In this document: one piece after another, positions 24,208 through 29,702 of the stretch | Position numbering within the stretch: position 1 is the stretch's first letter | Layout of the letters: every line of letters begins with the position of its first letter | Virus record (IMG/VR): IMGVR_UViG_3300049489_000707 | Location: 131,035-163,034 of that record | Length of the DNA: 32,000 bases | Reading direction: 5' to 3' (one strand) | From: a virus | Translations under genes and position numbers: made by a program | The notes under the pieces: generated by a model | Told to the model about the DNA's origin: nothing | Databases searched by the model: none | Seen by the model: the letters and a program-made list of their open reading frames with translations, nothing else

Positions 24208-24237
24208 AGTCTACTCCATCTTGGCGAGGAAGTTCAA
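24208..24237 (-). promoter_or_regulatory. Promoter-like TTGAAC-18-TAGACT, 7 nt before ATG 24200
   Basis: Minus-sense TTGAAC (24237-24232), TAGACT (24213-24208; its TAG is the upstream stop codon), then 7 nt and the ATG. Confidence 0.4.
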
Positions 24238-24645
24238 CATCTTTCTCAAGTAGAGGCTGAGAGGGTCGAAGGCCATGGCAAGCACGAGCCAGAAGCCCAC
24301 GTACTTCAGGTTGATGAGGCCCATGGGTGTATGTCGGGCCTTGCCGTAGTCCCAGGGAATGACACCAATGCACTTCTTGAGCAGCCAACCGCTCAAGGCC
24401 TCAACGCCGTAGATGACGGGGACGTACAACAGCGCCTTCAGGTAGAAGGGCCAGGGCAGGGCCTCGCTGACGCCTTCGAGGGCCAAGGCTGTTGCCCCGT
24501 AGATCGGCAGCATGTAGAGGTAGGTCTGGGACGTCGCCTTCCAGTTCTTTTGGAAGAGCGAGTAGACGCCAGTGAAGAAGACTTCAATGAGGAGACCGAG
24601 GCAGCCGTAGACGAAGAACTTCTGAAGCAGCAGCGCCCAGTTCAT
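24211..24645 (-). CDS. Polytopic membrane protein (putative 'ABC-transporter type IV'/DUF1113-like family)
   Basis: Four hydrophobic segments. IPWDYGKARHTPMGLINLKYVGFW resembles the WDYS motif of that family (from memory). Confidence 0.55.
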   Translation of the reverse strand: MNWALLLQKFFVYGCLGLLIEVFFTGVYSLFQKNWKATSQTYLYMLPIYGATALALEGVSEALPWPFYLKALLYVPVIYGVEALSGWLLKKCIGVIPWDYGKARHTPMGLINLKYVGFWLVLAMAFDPLSLYLRKMLNFLAKME

Positions 24646-24791
24646 TTTTTCTTTCCAAGGTCGCGGGCCAGCTGGGCGTCCTTGGTCAGCTGGAATCGCA
24701 TTTGCTGCTTGTGGTCCAACAGAGCTTCTTCCAGCTTTTCGATGCGGGCCTGCAATGCAGCCACCACTTCAACCAGCTCGACTATTAGCAT
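24642..24791 (-). CDS. Small coiled-coil protein (49 aa)
   Basis: Internal ATG of ORF 24642..24959; the longer ORF runs through tRNA genes. MLIVELVEVVAALQARIEKLEEALLDHKQQ. The ATG lies 2 nt after tRNA-Ala. Confidence 0.4.
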   Translation of the reverse strand: MLIVELVEVVAALQARIEKLEEALLDHKQQMRFQLTKDAQLARDLGKKK

Positions 24792-24792
24792 A

Positions 24793-24865
24793 TGGAGCCT
24801 GACGGGATCGAACCGTCGACCTCCTGCGTGCAAGGCAGGCGCTCTCCCAGCTGAGCTAAGGCCCC
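24793..24865 (-). tRNA. tRNA-Ala(UGC): tRNA-Ala (anticodon UGC)
   Basis: Reverse complement: GGGGCCTTAGCTCAGCTGGGAGAGCGCCTGCCTTGCACGCAGGAGGTCGACGGTTCGATCCCGTCAGGCTCCA. G3-U70 pair; loop CTTGCAC. Confidence 0.9.
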
Positions 24866-24868
24866 AAA

Positions 24869-24980
24869 CTCCCCCGGTGAGATTCGAACTCACAAGCGGC
24901 GACACTTCCATCGCCACAGCCCACCAGCCTCGTCGGCTAAGCGGTACTCCTGGACACACCCCTATCCAGGCTGCAGGGGA
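24869..24980 (-). ncRNA. Over-long (112 nt) tRNA-like RNA embedded in the tRNA array; isotype unresolved
   Basis: Canonical T arm GTGAG-TTCGAAT-CTCAC. Seven-bp acceptor helix TCCCCTG/CGGGGGA. Hairpins CCTGG-12nt-CCAGG, TTAGCC-GACGA-GGCTGG and GGCGAT-GGAAGT-GTCGCC. Spacers of 6 and 3 nt to the flanking tRNAs match the other units. Confidence 0.5.
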
Positions 24981-24986
24981 ACACCA

Positions 24987-25057
24987 TAGCGGGCCCTGGA
25001 GTCGAACCAGGCTCTCCGGGGTATGAGCCCGGCAAGGAACCGCTCCTCTAGCCCGCA
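24987..25057 (-). tRNA. tRNA-fMet(CAU): Initiator-like tRNA-Met (anticodon CAU)
   Basis: Reverse complement: TGCGGGC TA GAGG AGCGGTT CCTT G CCGGG CTCATAC CCCGG AGAG CCTGG TTCGACT CCAGG GCCCGCT A. Three G-C pairs at the base of the anticodon stem and an unpaired 1:72 (U-U) are initiator hallmarks. The 5' 10 nt overlap the trx 3' end. Confidence 0.75.
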
Positions 25058-25350
25058 GTAACAGTCTTCAGCGCCTCTTCAATCTTCGCTTCCAGGTCGA
25101 TGCTCGGCCTGCCTCCGATGACCCTCATCTTCTCATCTGGCGCCATCAGAATCAAGGTGGGAATGCTACGAACGCTGTACGTAGCCGCCAGCTGCGGATG
25201 AGTGTCAACGTTCACCTTCTTGACCTCCAGCCTGCCTTCGAACTTCTTTGCAATTGCCTCGATTGCGGGGCTCATGGCCTTGCAGGGCCCGCACCAGTCG
25301 GCGTAGAAGTCGAACAGCGTCGGGAGGTCGTTCGGTTGGTTTTCGTTCAT
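25048..25350 (-). CDS. trxA: Thioredoxin
   Basis: FYADWCGPCKAM active-site motif (WCGPC), about 100 aa, and the typical SIPTLIL cis-Pro region. Confidence 0.9.
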   Translation of the reverse strand: MNENQPNDLPTLFDFYADWCGPCKAMSPAIEAIAKKFEGRLEVKKVNVDTHPQLAATYSVRSIPTLILMAPDEKMRVIGGRPSIDLEAKIEEALKTVTAG

Positions 25351-25358
25351 GGTCAGGA

Positions 25359-25364
25359 AGATTA
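25359..25364 (-). promoter_or_regulatory. TAATCT -10-like hexamer 8 nt upstream of trx ATG; its TAA is the upstream stop codon
   Basis: Minus-sense CGCACCGTAATCTTCCTGACCATG. Confidence 0.4.
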
Positions 25365-25595
25365 CGGTGCGAGGCGTCGGTGCTTTTGGATCTGCTTCGC
25401 GACGTCTTCGAGGGCATAGCCAAGCGCCTTGAATTGGTTGCGACTCGTGGCGCTGGACATGAACTTGTCCTTGCCAGCCTGGTAGCTGCCGATGGCGACG
25501 CAGACGTAGGCGGTGAAGTACTCTCCGTCCTGCTTCATCTCGGTGATGATCTGGTCGAAACTGACCCCCTCAAGGTCCTTCATGTAGTTCATCAT
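25362..25595 (-). CDS. Hypothetical protein (77 aa)
   Basis: ORF track. ATG start; 25592 or 25583 are alternatives. Overlaps the upstream gene end. Confidence 0.55.
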   Translation of the reverse strand: MMNYMKDLEGVSFDQIITEMKQDGEYFTAYVCVAIGSYQAGKDKFMSSATSRNQFKALGYALEDVAKQIQKHRRLAP

Positions 25596-25911
25596 TGTCC
25601 ACCTCTGCGTACTGGTTGATGAAGCTCAGCTCGTTGGTCGTGCCCAGCTTGCCGCTGAAGGCCTCCTCAAGCTCGGCAGCCTCCTTGGGGTTCTTCCAGG
25701 CGATGAACAGGGTTGTGCCGTCACCAATGCAGCAGCGCCGAAAAATGCGACAGCCTGCCCGGGGCTTTTCCTCCTGGAGGCGTTTGCCGCACCCTCTACA
25801 CTTGAGTGGCTTCTCGTAGTGGACGTAGGTCACACGGCGCTTGAGGTAGTCCGTGTACCTCTCGAACTCTTCCTGGCTCATCGTATTGGGATTCACGTTG
25901 GCGTAGGGCAT
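25570..25911 (-). CDS. Hypothetical Cys-containing protein (113 aa)
   Basis: ORF track. ATG start. CRGCGKRL...CRIFRRCCIG. Confidence 0.6.
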   Translation of the reverse strand: MPYANVNPNTMSQEEFERYTDYLKRRVTYVHYEKPLKCRGCGKRLQEEKPRAGCRIFRRCCIGDGTTLFIAWKNPKEAAELEEAFSGKLGTTNELSFINQYAEVDNDELHEGP

Positions 25912-25917
25912 AGTGCA

Positions 25918-25945
25918 ACTCTACCACGACCAGCGGTGCTGTCAA
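25918..25945 (-). promoter_or_regulatory. Sigma70-type promoter TTGACA-16-TAGAGT, 6 nt before ATG 25911
   Basis: Minus-sense TTGACA (25945-25940), TAGAGT (25923-25918), TGCACT, then ATG. Starts 2 nt after the tRNA-Ser 3' end. Confidence 0.6.
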
Positions 25946-25946
25946 A

Positions 25947-26034
25947 CGGAAGGCCTGGGATTCGAACCCAGACACCCTCTTTCGAGAGTGGACGGCTTAG
26001 CAAGCCGCTCGTTTAGCCGTTCACGCAACCTTCC
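25947..26034 (-). tRNA. tRNA-Ser(GCU): tRNA-Ser (anticodon GCU), type II
   Basis: Reverse complement: GGAAGGT TG ... GCGGC TTGCTAA GCCGT, long variable arm CACTCTCGAAAGAGGGTG, T arm CTGGG-TTCGAAT-CCCAG, then GCCTTCC G. Confidence 0.85.
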
Positions 26035-26037
26035 AAG

Positions 26038-26124
26038 CGGAGTGATGACGAATCGAACGCCTGGGGCTGTTAACCCCACCCTGGTTTTCGAGACCAGTTG
26101 CCAGCCATTCCAGCGGATCACTCC
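26038..26124 (-). tRNA. tRNA-Ser(CGA): tRNA-Ser (anticodon CGA), type II
   Basis: Reverse complement: GGAGTGA ... CTGGT CTCGAAA ACCAG, long variable arm GGTGGGGTTAACAGCCCCAG, T loop TTCGATT, then TCACTCC G. Confidence 0.8.
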
Positions 26125-26128
26125 AAAA

Positions 26129-26202
26129 TAGCCTCGCCCGGAGTCGAACCGGGAAAACCTGGTTTCTGAGACCAGTACGTATACCAATTCCGTCACGAGG
26201 CC
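26129..26202 (-). tRNA. Class-I-sized (74 nt) tRNA carrying a CAG (Leu-type) anticodon
   Basis: Reverse complement: GGCCTCG TG ACGG AATTGGTAT ACGT A CTGGT CTCAGAA ACCAG GTTTT CCCGG TTCGACT CCGGG CGAGGCT A. Variable region is only 5 nt. Confidence 0.7.
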
Positions 26203-26211
26203 GTGACAAAG

Positions 26212-26285
26212 TCTAGGTGGCCAGATTTGAACTGGCGGTCTCTCGGGTCCGGGCCGAGCGCGATACCGGGCTTCGCTACACCTAG
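26212..26285 (-). tRNA. tRNA-Pro(CGG): tRNA-Pro (anticodon CGG) with C at position 33
   Basis: Reverse complement: CTAGGTG TA GCGA AGCCCGGTA TCGC G CTCGG CCCGGAC CCGAG AGACC GCCAG TTCAAAT CTGGC CACCTAG A. C1-G72 and A73 fit Pro. Confidence 0.8.
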
Positions 26286-26289
26286 ATGG

Positions 26290-26362
26290 TCCAAGCCCCC
26301 GGAATCGAACCGGATCCTCTCGCTTTTCAGACGAGCGCGCGCACCAGCTACGCCAGGCTTGG
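26290..26362 (-). tRNA. tRNA-Phe(GAA): tRNA-Phe (anticodon GAA)
   Basis: Reverse complement: CCAAGCC TG GCGT AGCTGGTGC GCGC G CTCGT CTGAAAA GCGAG AGGA TCCGG TTCGATT CCGGG GGCTTGG A. Confidence 0.8.
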
Positions 26363-26377
26363 GTGAAACTATGTGAG

Positions 26378-26460
26378 TGGATCGGGTTGGATTTGAACCA
26401 ACGAAGCCCGAAGGCGCCTGATTTACAGTCAGGTGGGTTTAGCCGCTTCCCTACCGATCC
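26378..26460 (-). tRNA. tRNA-Tyr(GUA): tRNA-Tyr (anticodon GUA), type II
   Basis: Reverse complement: GGATCGG TA GGGAAGCGGCTAAACCC A CCTGA CTGTAAA TCAGG CGCCTTCGGGCTTC GTTGG TTCAAAT CCAAC CCGATCC A. Confidence 0.85.
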
Positions 26461-26577
26461 GCAGAGTCTTAGAGACTGGGATACGGTGATGGGCTAAACG
26501 AGGGCGACAGAGGGCACACGGATAGCCGCAAGCTCGAAAGTCGAAGCTGGGCTGAGAACCGGGTGACCATGAACGTA

Positions 26578-26606
26578 AGATTAAGACAGACCGAAACGAA
26601 TGTCAA
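26578..26606 (-). promoter_or_regulatory. Consensus sigma70-type promoter TTGACA-17-TAATCT driving the tRNA array
   Basis: Minus-sense TTGACA (26606-26601; contains the HNH TGA stop), a 17-nt spacer, then TAATCT (26583-26578). About 110-nt leader before tRNA-Tyr. Confidence 0.7.
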
Positions 26607-27070
26607 GCCCACCCATGACAGCGACGCCTGGTGATGATTCCATTCACGTGAGAGCGACTGACCCCAAAGCGCACTGCCAGCTGGGCCTGGGTAATACCAC
26701 CAGCGGCATAGGCGCGACGCATCTCGGTGACCTGATCTCCGTTCAGTTTCTTAGGCACAAAGACCTTGGAGCCGCGAGCAAAGGCCCTCTTCATGTTTTC
26801 AGAATGAGTCACCAGCTCCAGGTGGGCCAGAGCGATGCAGTTCGGCCGGCTACAGGTGTGGTCCAGCTCCATGCCGGCTGGGACCACACGGCCAGCAAGC
26901 TCCCACACGACCACGTGGGCCATTCTCAACTTGCCCTTTACCTTGACTTGAGCGTACTTGGAACTGCAAGGCTTCTTGGCCAGAAGGATACAGCCGGTCA
27001 GCGGGTCTACCTCCGACTGAAGCCTGAGTCGATCTTCAAGTGGGATGTCACGGCGGCCTTGTAGTTTCAT
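26603..27070 (-). CDS. HNH (HNH_3-type) homing-like endonuclease with C-terminal HTH-like tail
   Basis: MAHVVVWELAGRVVPAGMELDHTCSRPNCIALAHLELVTHSENMKR (DH.C....C.N..HLE..T..EN pattern). C-terminal ITQAQLAVRFGVSRSHVNGI. Confidence 0.8.
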   Translation of the reverse strand: MKLQGRRDIPLEDRLRLQSEVDPLTGCILLAKKPCSSKYAQVKVKGKLRMAHVVVWELAGRVVPAGMELDHTCSRPNCIALAHLELVTHSENMKRAFARGSKVFVPKKLNGDQVTEMRRAYAAGGITQAQLAVRFGVSRSHVNGIITRRRCHGWA

Positions 27071-27498
27071 GTTGCCTCGGGGATAGAGTCAGGTGGCTTC
27101 TTCACGCAGATACCGAAGACGTTGCCACCCAGCTCTTCAGGGGTGATGACGCGCACGCCATTCTCCTCGATGTTGCTCTTGCTCTTCCAGGAGTCGAAGG
27201 CAATGAGGCTGTCGCCGAGGCAGCCAATGATGGCTACCCAGTGAAGCTCTTCGTCGAGGTGGATGATGACGGGGGTGCCGGCCAGCACACGCTTGCGTAC
27301 GGTCGAAGTGCGCCACACGGCAGTCGGAGAGCAGCCCAGCTTGCGCAGGGCCCGCATCAGCTGCCGCTCGTCTGTACCTTCGGGGGTGGTGCCGGCCAGC
27401 TTGGCTACGTGCGCCTCCGGCACCTGCAGCCCGTACAGACGCAGGGCGTTGACCGCCGCTGCTGGACCACAGGTGTAGGAGCGCGTCTGGTACTTCAT
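27067..27498 (-). CDS. Papain-fold cysteine peptidase, C39-like
   Basis: QTRSYTCGPAAAVNALRLYG (Gln + Cys nucleophile helix), LHWVAIIG (His), IAFDSW (Asp). ATGA overlaps on both sides. Confidence 0.6.
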   Translation of the reverse strand: MKYQTRSYTCGPAAAVNALRLYGLQVPEAHVAKLAGTTPEGTDERQLMRALRKLGCSPTAVWRTSTVRKRVLAGTPVIIHLDEELHWVAIIGCLGDSLIAFDSWKSKSNIEENGVRVITPEELGGNVFGICVKKPPDSIPEAT

Positions 27499-27698
27499 CC
27501 CAGGTCTTCGTTCCTGGTCTCGTACTCTTCAACGAAAGAGACCAAGACATCGCGAATCTGTGCCTCGGGGGTGCCATCGGCTGAATCCCACAACTCTTCG
27601 ATTCTCTCGATGGCGAGTTCGTACTCCTCCTCGGTCTCAATGCGATTGTAGGCCTGAGGGTCACGCTTCAGCTTCGTCTGCGAGTGCGTCGAGGGCAT
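27495..27698 (-). CDS. Small protein resembling the N-terminal helical hairpin of HigA/XRE-type antitoxins, without an HTH domain (67 aa)
   Basis: IETEEEYELAIERIEELWDSADGTPEAQIRDVLVSFVEEYE matches the ..EY..AL..I..L.D...GTPE......L..LIE.YE pattern (from memory). The protein ends right after it. Confidence 0.45.
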   Translation of the reverse strand: MPSTHSQTKLKRDPQAYNRIETEEEYELAIERIEELWDSADGTPEAQIRDVLVSFVEEYETRNEDLG

Positions 27699-27873
27699 TG
27701 TAGAGTTTCTCCGCTGCTTGATTCAGATTGTGCTCCAGGGGTTTCGTATCTGTCAAGGGGTTCGCCTGGCCGCCCCCGAGGTCGGTAGCCGCGTCAATCA
27801 GGTCTTCCACCAGCTCGTGGAGGAGCTGCTTCGTCGTCAAAGCACGAAGCCGCTTAAGTCTTGATGGATTCAT
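27661..27873 (-). CDS. Hypothetical helical protein (70 aa; 77 aa if ATG 27894 is used)
   Basis: ORF 27661..27894. The internal ATG MNPSRLKRLRALTT shortens the overlap with the upstream gene. Confidence 0.5.
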   Translation of the reverse strand: MNPSRLKRLRALTTKQLLHELVEDLIDAATDLGGGQANPLTDTKPLEHNLNQAAEKLYNALDALADEAEA

Positions 27874-28279
27874 CGGGCAGGCCGTACGGGACATTGGCGT
27901 TGAGGAAGTCCTTGACCTTTTTCACCACATCCGAGCTGATGGCGTTGTTCTTCATCTCCTCTTCCCACCCCTGCGCGGGGTTGACGCCAAAGCCAGTGTT
28001 GTTCCGTGACCCGATGTAGAAGAAGTGAGGGTCGCTGTGGATGACGGCCCCCTTGTCCCTGATGAAGGGGTAGACGTACAGGTCCTGCCCACGGTCGATG
28101 TCCATCTGGTCGACGTACGGGTTGACCGAGGCGGCCGTAAGACGTACGTGGCGGCCGTCGGCATGGGCCCTGAGGTCGGCGTGGTCAAAGTAAGCCTCAG
28201 CCGCTGCTGTGTACGTCTTGGAAGCAGCTCCCAGCCGCTCCTTCAAATCTTCGATATGCTGGAGGATGTCGATGTACAC
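27854..28279 (-). CDS. Hypothetical protein (141 aa from GTG 28279)
   Basis: ORF 27854..28378 re-started at GTG preceded by GAGGAGGAG. This removes a 71-nt overlap with gene 28308..28574 and leaves the AATCTT motif intergenic. Confidence 0.55.
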   Translation of the reverse strand: MYIDILQHIEDLKERLGAASKTYTAAAEAYFDHADLRAHADGRHVRLTAASVNPYVDQMDIDRGQDLYVYPFIRDKGAVIHSDPHFFYIGSRNNTGFGVNPAQGWEEEMKNNAISSDVVKKVKDFLNANVPYGLPDESIKT

Positions 28280-28297
28280 GGGCCGCTCCTCCTCAGA

Positions 28298-28303
28298 AGA
28301 TTG
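28298..28303 (-). promoter_or_regulatory. AATCTT-family motif (GGCCGCAATCTTCTG), 18 nt upstream of GTG 28279
   Basis: Minus-sense TAG GCCGCAATCTTCTGAGGAGGAGCGGCCC GTG. Confidence 0.45.
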
Positions 28304-28307
28304 CGGC

Positions 28308-28574
28308 CTAGTGAAGGCTGTCCTCTCTGGTGATGGGAAGCCAAGGCTCTGGATCTCTGTCTGAACGGATTGTGACATGACGCTCCTGAATTCGCAGGGT
28401 TACTCTCTTCATCTTCGGATCTACCCTCTTGCTGGTACCGGCAATGACGAGACCTTTGGTGAGCTGTTGAAACGCGACGTCTTCGATGGTCAGCTCGAAC
28501 CTAGCCGGCAACCAAGGCCCGCTCTCAAGGCTGGCGATGATGGCGTCCTCGATGGCTTCGTAGACGAAGTTCAC
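28308..28574 (-). CDS. Hypothetical protein (88 aa)
   Basis: ORF track. GTG start in a GTGA overlap with the HAD gene stop. Confidence 0.55.
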   Translation of the reverse strand: MNFVYEAIEDAIIASLESGPWLPARFELTIEDVAFQQLTKGLVIAGTSKRVDPKMKRVTLRIQERHVTIRSDRDPEPWLPITREDSLH

Positions 28575-29134
28575 GGCTTGCTCTGGAGCATCTTGATGGC
28601 CCGACCCACGTGGGAATCCTTGAGGCCGTTCGCCGAGCTGGTCTGAATCCAGTTGGGCCGAAGGTCGATCTCCGTAGGAATGTGGCAGTAGACGTCAATC
28701 GCCGGGTCGTAAACGGCCGCCCTGTTCGGCTTCATACCACTGTGGTCATCGTCCAGGATGAGGAAGTGTTCGACCTCGGGGTGGGCGTCGAGGTACATGC
28801 GGATTTCCCCGCCACGGGTGCGGTGGGGGGTAGAGCCCAGCGTCAGCCAGCCTCCAACCGGAGAGCTGACCGGGAAGGGGGTGTGGCCGATGATCTCACC
28901 CTGAAGACCACGCTCCTTCAGAAGTCTCACGAGCCCGTCGAAGTCCTCGTAGACCCCGTGGGTGTAGCTGTGCCTCCAGGTGGAGCTGATGACGATTTTC
29001 ACGTCAGGACATGCCTCGATGATGCGGTTGAACCGCTTGATCATCCCGGGGTTGAGCCCCAGGAAGCCGCCGATGCGGTCCCTGGTCTGGTCGTGGTTGA
29101 GCACGCCATCGATGTCAAGGAATAGGACCTTCAA
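28571..29134 (-). CDS. HAD-superfamily phosphatase (RNA-repair-associated 'HAD_SAK'-like or nucleotidase)
   Basis: TTG start with GGGAGG 7 nt upstream. MKVLFLDIDGVLNHD (DxDGV nucleophile motif), VISSTWR, FLILDDD. Confidence 0.65.
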   Translation of the reverse strand: MKVLFLDIDGVLNHDQTRDRIGGFLGLNPGMIKRFNRIIEACPDVKIVISSTWRHSYTHGVYEDFDGLVRLLKERGLQGEIIGHTPFPVSSPVGGWLTLGSTPHRTRGGEIRMYLDAHPEVEHFLILDDDHSGMKPNRAAVYDPAIDVYCHIPTEIDLRPNWIQTSSANGLKDSHVGRAIKMLQSKP

Positions 29135-29702
29135 GGGTATGCCTCCCGTGCCTCACACCGATATCAGGGGTGTGTTCAGCGGTCAATAGGGTCTGGAAGG
29201 TCTGGGGACGGAAGTTCCAGACGTCCACCCCCACATTGATGATGTTCCCCCGGCGAAGGAACTTCTCGTGTACGTGGCCACAGAACCAGATGTCGTGCTC
29301 GGGCGGCTCAGGGGTGAATTCGGTGTGGTAGAAGCGGTCACCGTACGGGTCTTCGGAGCGCGGTGGCACGTGGGACAGGTAGACCTTCTTGCCGTCGATC
29401 TCCAAGAGACGGTTGATGTAGACCTCGTTCCAGCCCTGGGCCTTCATCTTCTCTTCTGACTGGTCGTGGTTGCCACGGATGAGAATCTTGTAGCCGGCCA
29501 GGCGCTTCAGGAAGCCGGCGTGCTCGGTCTTGGGGCCCATGGCGAAGTCGCCCAGGTGGATGATGGTGTCGGTGCTCTGGACGACCTCATTCCAGTTCTG
29601 AATGAGCATCTCATTCATGTGGGGTACGTCCTTGTAGGGGCGTCCGCTGTACTTGATGATGTTGGCGTGGCCGAAGTGGGTGTCACTGGTGAAGTAGATC
29701 AT
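29115..29702 (-). CDS. Calcineurin-like metallophosphoesterase
   Basis: Full motif set: SDTHFGH, HLGDF, RGNHD, GHVH. Confidence 0.8.
   Translation of the reverse strand: MIYFTSDTHFGHANIIKYSGRPYKDVPHMNEMLIQNWNEVVQSTDTIIHLGDFAMGPKTEHAGFLKRLAGYKILIRGNHDQSEEKMKAQGWNEVYINRLLEIDGKKVYLSHVPPRSEDPYGDRFYHTEFTPEPPEHDIWFCGHVHEKFLRRGNIINVGVDVWNFRPQTFQTLLTAEHTPDIGVRHGRHTLEGPIP

Noticed and set aside
26129-26202. Reading this tRNA on the plus strand as tRNA-Gln(CUG)
   Set aside because: On the plus strand the would-be D loop lacks GG, the would-be T loop is AGTCGAA, and U8 is missing. The minus-strand fold has all canonical tertiary positions.
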